Shown: one piece after another, positions 37,255 through 46,905 of the stretch
Numbering within the stretch: the first letter of the stretch is position 1
Layout: every line of letters starts with the position of its first letter
Source of the DNA: Candidatus Heimdallarchaeota archaeon
Lineage (GTDB): Archaea; Asgardarchaeota; Heimdallarchaeia; JABLTI01
Reading direction: 5' to 3'
Assembly: GCA_019056785.1 (NCBI GenBank)
Contig: DXJV01000029.1
Span: 59,615 to 123,614 of the forward strand
Length of the DNA: 64,000 nucleotides
Made by a program: the position numbers and the translations under genes
The notes under the pieces: model-generated
The model's input: only the letters and a program-made list of their open reading frames with translations
Database searches by the model: none
Told to the model about the DNA's origin: nothing

Positions 37255-38448
37255 GTGTGTTTAAAGTTGTCGAATTCGTCGTTGTATCAATATGCCTCTA
37301 AATATGCACAAAAAGCCTATGAACAAGATAAAGCTGGAAATTACAAAGCAGCACATCAAAATTATTTGAAAGCTGCAGAAGTGTTGCAACAGCTCATCCA
37401 ATTCACAAGCAATCCCCAATTAAAAAACATGTACTATGTTAAAGCAAAAGAATATCTTGCTCGCGCAAAGGAGCTAAAAGATATGGGAATGCAACCGGTA
37501 GAAGGGGGGAGACGGAGAAGCTCAAGAAAGGGCAGCCGGGGAGGTGACAGTGGAGGGGATGAAGAAGAGGATGAACTTGAAGAGGCTATCTCGGAAATTA
37601 TCATCGTGGAAAAACCCAACGTGAAAATGAGCCAGGTGGCAGGATTAGAAGAAGCAAAGAGAGCCTTGCGAGAAGCAATCATCCTACCAATGAAACGACC
37701 CGACCTTTTTAAAGGCGCTCGAAACCCATGGCGAGGCATCTTACTTTTTGGCCCACCAGGTACCGGGAAAACATTATTAGCAAGAGCAGTTGCAACAGAA
37801 GTAGATGCAACCTTTTTTAACGTGAGTGCCTCAAGTATTATCTCGAAATGGCTGGGAGAATCGGAGAAACTGGTTCAACAGCTGTTTGAAACAGCCCAGG
37901 AAAAACAACCCTCGCTCATTTTCATAGATGAAGTAGATAGCATTGCTTCTGCAAGAGGTGGAAGCGAACATGATGCAATGCGCCGTGTGAAAACAACTTT
38001 GATGACCCAGATGGACGGAGTAACAACAAAGAAATCAGACCGGATTGTAGTTATAGGTGCAACTAACCTCCCATGGGAACTCGACCCGGCCTTTCGAAGC
38101 AGATTTGAAAAGCGCATCTATATTAATTTGCCTGATTTTCCTGCACGAGCGAAAATTTTTGAAATCCACACAAAAGGAGTAGAAATCGACCAGACAGTCG
38201 ATTGGAACCTCCTTGCTGAGGTAAGCGAGGGCTATTCAGGAAGAGACATTCAGCTGCTCTGTAGAGAAGCAGTAATGATGCCGGTAAGAGAACTTGATAT
38301 TGCAGGTGCTTTGGACAATCCCGACATTAAAGCCAGGGCAGTAACAATCGACGACTTTATGTTAGCAATGGAGAAAATCAAACCCAGCGTTGCTCCTGAA
38401 GAACTTCTGAAGCACAGAGACTGGGCAGAAGAATTTGGAAGCGTCTAG
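37255..38448 (+). CDS. vps4: Vps4-like AAA+ ATPase (MIT domain + AAA ATPase + Vps4_C); ESCRT/Cdv ATPase
   Basis: 397 aa. N-terminal MIT three-helix bundle (YASKYAQKAYEQDKAGNYKAAHQNYLKAAEVLQQL...YVKAKEYLARAKELK), Walker A GPPGTGKT, Walker B LIFIDEVD, SRF second region of homology, C-terminal Vps4_C helix. Confidence 0.9.
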   Translation: MCLKLSNSSLYQYASKYAQKAYEQDKAGNYKAAHQNYLKAAEVLQQLIQFTSNPQLKNMYYVKAKEYLARAKELKDMGMQPVEGGRRRSSRKGSRGGDSGGDEEEDELEEAISEIIIVEKPNVKMSQVAGLEEAKRALREAIILPMKRPDLFKGARNPWRGILLFGPPGTGKTLLARAVATEVDATFFNVSASSIISKWLGESEKLVQQLFETAQEKQPSLIFIDEVDSIASARGGSEHDAMRRVKTTLMTQMDGVTTKKSDRIVVIGATNLPWELDPAFRSRFEKRIYINLPDFPARAKIFEIHTKGVEIDQTVDWNLLAEVSEGYSGRDIQLLCREAVMMPVRELDIAGALDNPDIKARAVTIDDFMLAMEKIKPSVAPEELLKHRDWAEEFGSV

Positions 38449-38570
38449 AGAAAAGATGCTCATAATTCTTACCAAACAAATAATTAATGAGGAAAAACAG
38501 TTAAGTAAAAACTACAACCAAAGTCTTAGTTACAATTGGCTACTGAAAAAGCAAACATGTGGGATAACAT

Positions 38571-39407
38571 ATGTCAGTAAAACAAAAGAAGAAGAAAACG
38601 AAAGCAAAAACAAAAAAGAAGACAACGCAAAAAGAGCAGACAGTACAAGAGGAGCAGCCGTTACAACAACAAGAACTGCAAGAAGAGAAAACACAACCTG
38701 CGAAATCCACCTTAGAGAGCAAACCGCCTCGCGAAGCAACTGTAACTATTTCCTTGATAGAAAACCCAGTCACAACAGAAGATAAGATTTACAATGCATT
38801 ATTACGGATAGAGCAGCTAATACAATCAGATGTAGCTATTTCCCGTGAGGATCTTTTTGACTTAGGAGAGGATGTTGAAAGACAGCTTTTGGAAATTCTT
38901 CCGGAATGGATTAATAAACCCTGGATGTATGTCACCCCCGAACACCAGAAACAACTCGATTCCTGGTGTGCAGATTGGTCCAATTTCATTATGGAATATG
39001 CCCGCATTAATATTAAACACATTATTCACATCGAAGAAGAACGAGCGAAATATCCATTCAATAATAAACAAATAAAGAAACGATTAGACAGAAAGCAATT
39101 TCAAACGATAGGTGATTATATAGTCGCCCAGGAGATGGGCATTTGGTGGGATAAGAAAAAAATTCGCCTCCGTCTCTATTGGCGAACATTGGATGAATGG
39201 GCGGACATTATTTATGAGTGGAGTTTGAAAACAGGGCGTGCGGCCGGCCCCGAAAGAGTCATGACTTTGCTAGATATTCAAGAGGCAGGCCAACCATGGA
39301 GCACCATACCGGTCGAGGACCTGAAACGAATTTTTGAGATCATGAAAGAAAAAGGATATATTGAATGGGCTGATAAAAAGAAAACAGCTATTGCTTTTAT
39401 TATCTGA
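38571..39407 (+). CDS. vps25: ESCRT-II subunit Vps25/EAP20 homolog (tandem winged helix) with Lys/Gln/Glu-rich N-terminal extension
   Basis: 278 aa. HQKQLDSWCADW...PFNNKQIKKRL...GIWWDKKKIRLRLYWRTLDEWADIIYEWSLKTG aligns with human Vps25 (RQKQLAAWCSLV...PLFNNVKLQRKL...LEWLDKSKSSFLIMWRRPEEWGKLIYQWVSRSG). The first ~60 aa are a charged low-complexity extension. Confidence 0.8.
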   Translation: MSVKQKKKKTKAKTKKKTTQKEQTVQEEQPLQQQELQEEKTQPAKSTLESKPPREATVTISLIENPVTTEDKIYNALLRIEQLIQSDVAISREDLFDLGEDVERQLLEILPEWINKPWMYVTPEHQKQLDSWCADWSNFIMEYARINIKHIIHIEEERAKYPFNNKQIKKRLDRKQFQTIGDYIVAQEMGIWWDKKKIRLRLYWRTLDEWADIIYEWSLKTGRAAGPERVMTLLDIQEAGQPWSTIPVEDLKRIFEIMKEKGYIEWADKKKTAIAFII

Positions 39408-39414
39408 GCGCAGT

Positions 39415-41613
39415 TCACTTTCTTTTTTCGTTTTTTATTGCAATGGTTTCAAAAGAGAGCTTTGGTTGATGGGTTACTGGCAAGCAATTAACAGTTTGAA
39501 GCGAGAGATGGGGATACAGCTGGATAGTGGGTATTCCAGATGAAAAACTGACACTAATTTTATTTATTGCTTGGTGAGGGGACGGAGCACTAGCAGAGCT
39601 TGGCGGCATGGTCTGTTCAATAGTAGTATTACTCAGCCATTCAAAAACATTGACTAAAAAGTCCAAGTTATTTGTAGACGAGTATTTTCCATTCACACCC
39701 CAATTGTCAGCCATAAAATTGGAACCCGAAACAATAACACGACCAGAGGAATTTGTTGCAGATTCATACGCTGCAACTGCAATGTTAGTAGAAGTCTGAT
39801 ACCAAGCGATACCTTTGGAATTGTTGCCAGAAAGAGCTAGCTTCGCACCTAAAAAGTCGAAGTTAGTTAAATCGGCAGTCACAGGATGAGTCGAATCCAT
39901 ATCGGTAATTAAAACAACATTGTAGGAGTCGGTTTCTTCGTCATAAATAATCTGCGAGGGAATAGAATCATTTGTGAAAGTGATATTGAAGTTCTTGGTT
40001 AATCTGTTGGTTTCATTTAATGCAGCAGTACCGCTCCAAGCCCCAAGAACAAACAACCCATGACCAGATTCCACAAAATTGACAATATTTGTTATAGTTT
40101 GGTTTGTAAAAGGAATATAATAATTGACGAGTTCTTGATCAGTTCTCATTGCTAAGCCAAAAGTATTTGGATCAGCAATAACAAGAGCATCAAAGTTTTC
40201 CAAGTGAGTGAAATTATCAGGATGAGTTAATTCCACAAAAGTAATCCCTTCATCGGCAAGCTTTAAGCGAAACTCGAGAAATTGCCCGAAGAGATGATCA
40301 ATAGACCATGCTGAGTGGAAAATATCAAAACCAACACGAACTTTTGGTGGGGCAATATTGACTGAGACATCTATTGCAAATGACTCGCCTAAACTACTCT
40401 CAACGATGATTGACTCTTCGTGCACCCCAAGAGGAAAGTTACTCGAGATATTAAAGAGACAATCGACAACACCACTCTGGTTAATGAGAACACTATTGGG
40501 GGTCTGAACAAGAGAGTCGCCTAAGGTATTAGTAGTGAAAGTGAATGTTTGTTGAAGGGGGCTAATAATTGTTATTGGAAAATGCCAGATGTCACCTTGA
40601 AAAGCAGTTGGCATGGAAAAAGGCAACTTATCAGGAAAAATAAAGCTCACTAAAGGCCAACCATTGCTCTTCGGTGCTTGAGTGATAATTGTTTTTGCCA
40701 CCTCAACATCGGCTATGCCAGCACCCATTGAATAAGGCGGGTAGGGGTAGTCAAAAGAAGCGCTTTGCATTAGAGCGGCTTTCAACAAGCCGGGAGAGGT
40801 TTTGTAGCCTTGAGCTCTGCACCAAGAGAGGAGGACGGCCGCTTTTCCAGAAACTTTTGGGGCTGAAAAACTGGTACCAATGGCGATTAATGTAAAGCCG
40901 GAATCCAACAAATCAGGTTTTATACGATGATCCTTTAAAGGGCCAATGCTACTATAGGCAGCCACGCCCTCAACCGTGGAGGCGCCAACAGTAATCGCTT
41001 GTAATGCATCACCGGGAGAATCAATGGTAGAAAGTGCATAACCGGTTTCATCGCCACTATTTCCAGCAGAAACAACAGTCAAAACGCCTTTTTCAAATGC
41101 AATGCGATTAATGAGTTCCACAATGGTATTATTACTTATAATTGGCCCACCAATTGAGAGATTAATAATGTCTGCATCGGCTTCATATGCAGCCCAGTAA
41201 ATAGCAGCGTAAATCGCTGGGTAGGTGGCAGAGCCTTCTGAATCAGCACACCGAGCAATGATAAGCTTTGCTTGAGGCGCAATGCCAAACGAACGGCTGG
41301 CAATTTGCAAAGCTACTAAAGTACCATGATGATAGGGAGTATCATCAACAATTGAAGCGTTATTAGCATAACCAAATTCTGTTGTCACGAAACTTTTTGT
41401 AGTGATAATAGAACCCTGCAATTCTCGTGAAACTTTGTAGCCGGCAATACGAGCAGTCATGTCGATGCCTGAATCCAAGACAGCAATTTTTACGCCCTCA
41501 CCGCCTTCCCGCGGAGGAATCCAAACCGAAACAAACACAAGTGCTCCGATAGAAGAAACAACAATAATAATGACAATCGCCCAGATCGCCGTTCGCAGAT
41601 TTTTTTCAGCCAT
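39415..41613 (-). CDS. Subtilisin-like serine protease (peptidase S8), N-terminally membrane-anchored or secreted
   Basis: 732 aa. Catalytic triad motifs AVLDSGID (Asp), HGTLVA (His), GTSFSAP (Ser). N-terminal TM/signal segment. Large C-terminal beta-rich extension. Confidence 0.85.
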   Translation of the reverse strand: MAEKNLRTAIWAIVIIIVVSSIGALVFVSVWIPPREGGEGVKIAVLDSGIDMTARIAGYKVSRELQGSIITTKSFVTTEFGYANNASIVDDTPYHHGTLVALQIASRSFGIAPQAKLIIARCADSEGSATYPAIYAAIYWAAYEADADIINLSIGGPIISNNTIVELINRIAFEKGVLTVVSAGNSGDETGYALSTIDSPGDALQAITVGASTVEGVAAYSSIGPLKDHRIKPDLLDSGFTLIAIGTSFSAPKVSGKAAVLLSWCRAQGYKTSPGLLKAALMQSASFDYPYPPYSMGAGIADVEVAKTIITQAPKSNGWPLVSFIFPDKLPFSMPTAFQGDIWHFPITIISPLQQTFTFTTNTLGDSLVQTPNSVLINQSGVVDCLFNISSNFPLGVHEESIIVESSLGESFAIDVSVNIAPPKVRVGFDIFHSAWSIDHLFGQFLEFRLKLADEGITFVELTHPDNFTHLENFDALVIADPNTFGLAMRTDQELVNYYIPFTNQTITNIVNFVESGHGLFVLGAWSGTAALNETNRLTKNFNITFTNDSIPSQIIYDEETDSYNVVLITDMDSTHPVTADLTNFDFLGAKLALSGNNSKGIAWYQTSTNIAVAAYESATNSSGRVIVSGSNFMADNWGVNGKYSSTNNLDFLVNVFEWLSNTTIEQTMPPSSASAPSPHQAINKISVSFSSGIPTIQLYPHLSLQTVNCLPVTHQPKLSFETIAIKNEKRK

Positions 41614-41734
41614 ATTTTAAACACCGATTGTAGCTTTTTAGCAATTAATTTTTTAAGAAGGTTTTCCTATTTAAAAAAGATACTCATCTCATTAAAAGCT
41701 ATTGTAATGAACATAATTCGCGAGGGTTTAAAAA

Positions 41735-42193
41735 GTGGAAGATTGTTTTGAAATAGTCCCAATTGGGTTGGTGAAAAAAACTGAAACAGCTACGTGGCTT
41801 GAGGTTTTCGAAAAATATCAAAAGGGATTATTACGCCTCGAGGAATTTTCACATGTTAAAACGCACTGGTGGACAAGTGGACGCGACTCAAAAAAGGACC
41901 GACAAAAATTACGCGTGTACCCTCGTGTAAAACTAGGACCCAAGCAACATAAAGTGGACACACCTCTTTGTGGGGTGTTTGCAACACGAGCGCCCGTTCG
42001 CCCCAATCCGATTGGTTTAACAATCGCTAAAATTTCCCACATTGAGAAAAATCGTGTTTTCATTGATCGACATGATGCCTTTAATGATACGCCACTTATC
42101 GATTTAAAACCCTATATCCCAAAATCCGATAGCATAGAAAATGTGAAATTACCAACTTTTTTCAGAGGACTGGCGGAAAAAAGAGAAAGATAA
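41735..42193 (+). CDS. tsaA: TsaA/YaeB (TrmO)-family SAM-dependent tRNA methyltransferase
   Basis: 152 aa. RPNPIGLTIAKI...ID(R)HD...TPLIDLKPYIP matches the TsaA-like beta-barrel domain signature. Confidence 0.8.
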   Translation: MEDCFEIVPIGLVKKTETATWLEVFEKYQKGLLRLEEFSHVKTHWWTSGRDSKKDRQKLRVYPRVKLGPKQHKVDTPLCGVFATRAPVRPNPIGLTIAKISHIEKNRVFIDRHDAFNDTPLIDLKPYIPKSDSIENVKLPTFFRGLAEKRER

Positions 42194-42221
42194 AAAAGAA
42201 AAGAAAAAAAAGAGGGGGAAT

Positions 42222-45071
42222 TTACATGAAAGTTAGGGCAATGCCCGGCCGTCCTGGCTCCGCCGCACGAGCTTTTGCATGATCTGATTTGGAGGCCAAC
42301 ATCACGACCACTTCTTTTGCTTTGAATTCTCGTTTGTAGTACTCAAGTGCATCTGTTATAGCTGCTAGTTCTGCTCTCTGGCTAAGAGTTGAGTCGTAGC
42401 CGGGGTTTTTCATAAGTTTTTGGGCATATTTTGCAGCAGCATTGCCTGCTTTCCGGATGGTCTCCTCTTGCATTATTTTTGCAATGAGATTGTCAGGTTT
42501 TTGCCGGCGAATGGAGAGCACTTTGTACATCCATTTCGGTGCGATAAAAATCTCGATTTTTTCCAATGCTTTCTTTTGCCGTTTCTTAATAGCATTAAAA
42601 ATGCCTTCAATATCTTCTCGTACATTTCGAATTAGGCGTTCTTCTTCTTCGAGTTTCTTGTTAATCAATCGTTTATTGGGCTTCGGGAAGGGTCGATGAC
42701 AAGCAAAAGTCTTTGCTTTCCTGACTTTTTCATTTATTTCTTCAGCAAAATGAGGTATAATGGGGGTCATGAGGTCTACCAAAGTTAAGAGTGCGGTTCT
42801 GTAGCCCGGTCCTCGAATTGCACCGGAACGTGCTTCGTACCATTTTAAGTCATTTAAAATGTCAAAGAAGCCCGAACTAATAGCACTTCGAGTTCGCTGA
42901 TTTTGATAATGATTAGCAGTATCGGCAATGCGTGTTTGTAATTTGCTCAAAATCCAGCGGTCAATCTGTCGTTCTTCGTCCGAGAATTTCCCCTTGGTCA
43001 ATTCGTGGAAGATCATTGACATGCGTTTCTTCGCAGCTTCAACATCAGCATAACGGAAACTGGCATCCGTGTATCCTTCACCACAATAAGCTAAACCGAA
43101 CCTTGAAGCATCAGCACCAAAACGTTGGACGATTTCGTCTAAGGAGATAGTATTGCCAGCGCTTTTACTCATTTTATCACCTTCAACTTGAATCATCCCA
43201 TTAGCTTCAATTTCAAGTGGGTAGTGCCCTTTCGGAAAGACAGCCAAGTGCTGAAAGATGTAGAATGTTAAGTGGTTAAAGATCAATTCTTTTGCACTTG
43301 CGCGATAATCAGGGGGGTAGAAATATTCGAACTCTTCTTTCATTTCTTTGATCAAAGCCATGTCCAGCCCTGATTTCTTCTGAGCTTCTTCTAAGGTTGC
43401 TTTGTTCCGGAAGATATAATCGAATAATTCATTGGGTAATTGTTCAGGAGTTAAATTGTGCTCATTAACGATACGGGCGATGGTATAAAATGCCATGTAA
43501 ATGGTACTATCTGAAAGAGTTTCCACAATCCATTCTGGGTCCCATGGCAAGGGGGTGCCTAAACCGCTCTTTCTCGCACAAGCCTTATCTTGCAACCAAT
43601 CGATGGTATATTCAAATGATTGTCGAGCTTCGGGGGGATAGATTGTCATCTTTTTCGCTAAGTGATTACGAGCCCGTTGTTTCCATTTCTCATTGCCATA
43701 TGTGATGAACCATTGATCCTTGAGAATTTTTATATGATTTTTCGTTTGACAACGGCAAATGACAGGTGAGGCGGTTTCCCACATTGAGGAGGAGATCTTT
43801 TGCGCTTTAAGATCCTTTATCAAGTGCTCTTTAATTTCACTTACTTTAATGCCGGCGTATTTGCCGCAATTTTCACGCATCACACCGGAATGGAACTCTT
43901 TCTTGTAAATTTCCTGAGTTGCTTCCTCGGTTTTAGGATCATTTTGCGTTTGGATGCCCATCTTCTCAATGATATCTTTAGCTGGGTGTTCTCCCAGTCC
44001 TTCTGTTTTAATCATAGAGATCAATTGAATATCAGCAGCAAAATCTCCAGGCAAACCGTATTTCGTAAGCATTTCTGGCTTTGTCCACAAATCACGTAAA
44101 GCGACATAATCAAAGGGAGCATGACTGGGAACACTCATCACAACACCGGTCGTGTGATCAACCTCTACAAAAGTTGCCGGCAAAATTTTAATGTCAACTT
44201 CTCGAATAGGAGCATGACAAGTTTTTCCAATGAGTTCTAACCCTTTGAATTTTCGAATAACTTTTACTTTATGCAGCTGATCCTCTAACTTCAAGACAGT
44301 CGGTTCTGAAACAAACCATTTCTCGCCATCGACTTCGGCTTCCACATAATCGCCATCAGGGTTTATCCACATATTAGTAACACCAAAGATGGTTTCAGGG
44401 CGTAAAGTTGCCGGGACAAGATACCCATCCTCGAAGGGGAATTTTAGTAAGATGAACTCTACAGGTGAAACGCCTTCACCTTTTAATCGGTCGTGGTCGC
44501 CTGTGGGGCTTTGACAGTGACTGCACCAAACAACAGGGTGTGTGCCTTTTTTCACGTAACCTAATTTCCGCAGAGTTTCATATTGCCATTCGATAAACCG
44601 GCTGAAAGGGGGGCAGAGAGTAGTGGTGACAAATTCACGTCGCCAGTCAATACTCATCCCAAATTTGGTAAAAGTTTTTTTCGCCAGAATTTTGTAATAG
44701 TTTGAGATGTGGAGGGGGTCAGTGAACTTTTTCATCTCCGATTCAGGGACACCACTTTGTTTCAAGATTCGAATTTGCACTGGGTCGCCTTTCTTCACTC
44801 GTTCAGCCACGCCTTGTATGGGTTGCCCGGTCGCATGCCAGCCTTGAGCGAAAAAGACATTGTACCCCTGCATTCGTTTATAACGGGCATATACATCCAC
44901 TTTCATGGAGGTATAGCCATGCCCTACATGGATCTTCCCATTAAGATAGACGATGGGGAAAGAAACCAAGAATTTCTTTCGGGATTGGTCAACATTGGCT
45001 TCGTAAATTTTCGCCTTAGCCCATCGTTTTTGCCATTTTGCTTCAACTGCAAATGCATCGTATTCGTTCAT
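42222..45071 (-). CDS. leuS: Leucyl-tRNA synthetase, archaeal/eukaryal type
   Basis: 949 aa. HIGH motif HVGHGYT, KMSKS motif DKMSKSAGN, CP1 editing-domain insertion. Size is typical of archaeal LeuRS. Confidence 0.9.
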   Translation of the reverse strand: MNEYDAFAVEAKWQKRWAKAKIYEANVDQSRKKFLVSFPIVYLNGKIHVGHGYTSMKVDVYARYKRMQGYNVFFAQGWHATGQPIQGVAERVKKGDPVQIRILKQSGVPESEMKKFTDPLHISNYYKILAKKTFTKFGMSIDWRREFVTTTLCPPFSRFIEWQYETLRKLGYVKKGTHPVVWCSHCQSPTGDHDRLKGEGVSPVEFILLKFPFEDGYLVPATLRPETIFGVTNMWINPDGDYVEAEVDGEKWFVSEPTVLKLEDQLHKVKVIRKFKGLELIGKTCHAPIREVDIKILPATFVEVDHTTGVVMSVPSHAPFDYVALRDLWTKPEMLTKYGLPGDFAADIQLISMIKTEGLGEHPAKDIIEKMGIQTQNDPKTEEATQEIYKKEFHSGVMRENCGKYAGIKVSEIKEHLIKDLKAQKISSSMWETASPVICRCQTKNHIKILKDQWFITYGNEKWKQRARNHLAKKMTIYPPEARQSFEYTIDWLQDKACARKSGLGTPLPWDPEWIVETLSDSTIYMAFYTIARIVNEHNLTPEQLPNELFDYIFRNKATLEEAQKKSGLDMALIKEMKEEFEYFYPPDYRASAKELIFNHLTFYIFQHLAVFPKGHYPLEIEANGMIQVEGDKMSKSAGNTISLDEIVQRFGADASRFGLAYCGEGYTDASFRYADVEAAKKRMSMIFHELTKGKFSDEERQIDRWILSKLQTRIADTANHYQNQRTRSAISSGFFDILNDLKWYEARSGAIRGPGYRTALLTLVDLMTPIIPHFAEEINEKVRKAKTFACHRPFPKPNKRLINKKLEEEERLIRNVREDIEGIFNAIKKRQKKALEKIEIFIAPKWMYKVLSIRRQKPDNLIAKIMQEETIRKAGNAAAKYAQKLMKNPGYDSTLSQRAELAAITDALEYYKREFKAKEVVVMLASKSDHAKARAAEPGRPGIALTFM

Positions 45072-45590
45072 TTTCTCTTTAGACTCCTTTACATCGACTG
45101 TTTTCTATTGATTCTTCCGAGGAATTAGCTGCTTGTAAACAAATGGAGGTATAGCACAAATTCGCTTTAAAATTCTTCTGACTAGCAATGAAATGCCCTC
45201 TCAGGGGGGGTGAAGAAACAAAGATTGTCTGAGACTCATACCACGAGCCAGTAGAACTAACAGTAAAACTGGCAGGATAGTGACAAACATCGGCGCGTGG
45301 AGAAGAAAAAGCAATTCGGGCAATCATGCCTTCTTTCCAATAACTAAAACGAGAAGAGAATCTGTTATTAGGTAAGAAGAACACTATTCCTCATTTAAAA
45401 TTCCTCGAATTATTCTACCCACCTATTCTTTTAAAGGTTTCTTAATTTCTGTGAGTAGGTTGAGCGGTAAAAAAAAGGGTCGAACCAGAAGAGAAAAACT
45501 GAAGAAAATTTGCCGAAAAAAGGATGTTTTAATATGGAAGATGAGCTGTTTAGTTAAACCCTACAGTTTGGAAAGGAGTTTGTAGACAAA

Positions 45591-46331
45591 ATGCTTGTTG
45601 ATATGCATATCCACACCAATGTTAGCTATGACTCAAAAATCAAAGTAGGGTTGCTAGTACGTAAGTTGAAAGAATTGCGAATTGCTGGATGTGCAATCAC
45701 AGATCATAACTCTTTGGATGCAATTGCAAAAGCAAAGGAAATAGGGAAAAAATACAACATCAAAATCTTCGCCGGTGTGGAAATATCAACACGAGAAGGG
45801 CATATTTTGGCCTATGGACTGACTGAGCGACCACCGGACCATCGCGCTGTTGCTGAAACAATCGAATGGGTGCATGAGCATGGAGGAGTTACTTGTTGTG
45901 CTCACCCTTTCAGAAAATACGAACATAGTGTAGGGGATAATGTCTACCATTATCATTTTGATGCGATCGAAATCAACGGCAGGAGCTTTTTCTCCCAAAA
46001 CAGAGCAGCAGAACTGGCTAGCAAATTAATGAACGTAAGCTTAATTGGTGGAAGCGATGCTCATTACCTCCAAAAAGTTGGTAGAGTGACGACAAACTTC
46101 TACGACGAGATCGAAACTGAAGATCAATTAATCGAAGCAATCAGGAAAGGAGCATGTGAAGTACAATATGACATACAAAAAAGCTACAAACCAGAGCTAA
46201 TACAGGCGATACCAAAAGACGAACTAAACATACTGGAGAGGTTTATAGAAATAAGAAGAGAACCACAAGCAGCAATCATTGAATCGGTCGGGAAACGGAT
46301 ACGCTTTATCGATGCCAACTTGCAGAAATAA
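45591..46331 (+). CDS. PHP-domain metal-dependent phosphoesterase
   Basis: 246 aa. N-terminal MLVDMHIHTNVSYDS (HxH) and downstream His/Asp/Glu PHP motifs (CAHP..., GGSDAH). Confidence 0.8.
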   Translation: MLVDMHIHTNVSYDSKIKVGLLVRKLKELRIAGCAITDHNSLDAIAKAKEIGKKYNIKIFAGVEISTREGHILAYGLTERPPDHRAVAETIEWVHEHGGVTCCAHPFRKYEHSVGDNVYHYHFDAIEINGRSFFSQNRAAELASKLMNVSLIGGSDAHYLQKVGRVTTNFYDEIETEDQLIEAIRKGACEVQYDIQKSYKPELIQAIPKDELNILERFIEIRREPQAAIIESVGKRIRFIDANLQK

Positions 46332-46410
46332 TGGCACTCACAAACAATAAAAAAACGCCTTTTTCTATTTAAAAAAGAGTAATGCAAGATATACCACATT
46401 TTGCGAAAGC

Positions 46411-46432
46411 TTTAAAATAAGAAGTTAAAAAA
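46411..46432 (+). promoter_or_regulatory. Putative BRE/TATA promoter of the tRNA-Gly gene
   Basis: TTTAAAATAAGAAGTTAAAAAA lies 17-38 nt upstream of the tRNA 5' end, with TTAAAAAA near -24. Confidence 0.4.
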
Positions 46433-46448
46433 GGAAATTCAGAACATT

Positions 46449-46523
46449 GCACCGATAGTCTAGTGGCTAGGACCCATGCCTGCCTAGTATGGAACGCGGG
46501 TTCGAATCCCGCTCGGTGCACCA
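46449..46523 (+). tRNA. tRNA-Gly(GCC), genomically encoded CCA
   Basis: Hand-folded cloverleaf. Acceptor GCACCGA/TCGGTGC; D arm GTCT-AGTGGCTA-GGAC; anticodon arm CATGC-CTGCCTA-GTATG (anticodon GCC; an unusual U at position 37 lowers the certainty of the isotype); T arm GCGGG-TTCGAAT-CCCGC; discriminator A + CCA. Confidence 0.75.
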
Positions 46524-46860
46524 CAATTATTTTCTCGCCCCATCTTTTTTGTCAGCAATTTTTTTAGTCGACTCAGCTTAAAGCATGAATTAAATGAACC
46601 AACCGCGATAGAAAAATTCTCAGAATAAAGGGCTGGTAATCCGAAAACAAGGTAAATTATCCCCAAAGCAAATAGAATGAAGAGAAGAAAAACATTGTTT
46701 CTGTCTTGATTTACAAGTCATTTTCGATTAAGAAAACAGCTAAAAATACAAGCAGTTTAAGACAATCGTCTTTTATTAGAATTATAAATCAAATAGAAAG
46801 ACTTCATAAACTGAAAGATAATGAAATAGAGGGTCATTGTAGCTATACGTTTGGAAATAG

Positions 46861-46896
46861 AAAAAAAGCCAGCCATAGAGTAGATCTAGGCTTGGC
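46861..46896 (-). terminator. Hairpin plus oligo-T terminator-like element downstream of the LVIVD gene
   Basis: On the minus strand, 9 nt after the stop: GCCAAGCC-(loop)-GGCTGGC imperfect 7-8 bp stem, followed by TTTTTTT. Confidence 0.4.
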
Positions 46897-46905
46897 AATT
46901 AGGCG

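Noticed and set aside
38435-38785. 116-aa ORF overlapping the vps25 5' region in another frame
   Set aside because: The vps25 frame continues without interruption into the conserved winged-helix domains. The alternative frame is K/E/N low complexity from the same A-rich DNA.
45079-45384. 101-aa ORF (minus strand) in the LeuRS/PHP intergenic region
   Set aside because: S-rich, low-complexity, and no start-codon context. The region is treated as non-coding and a possible ncRNA instead.
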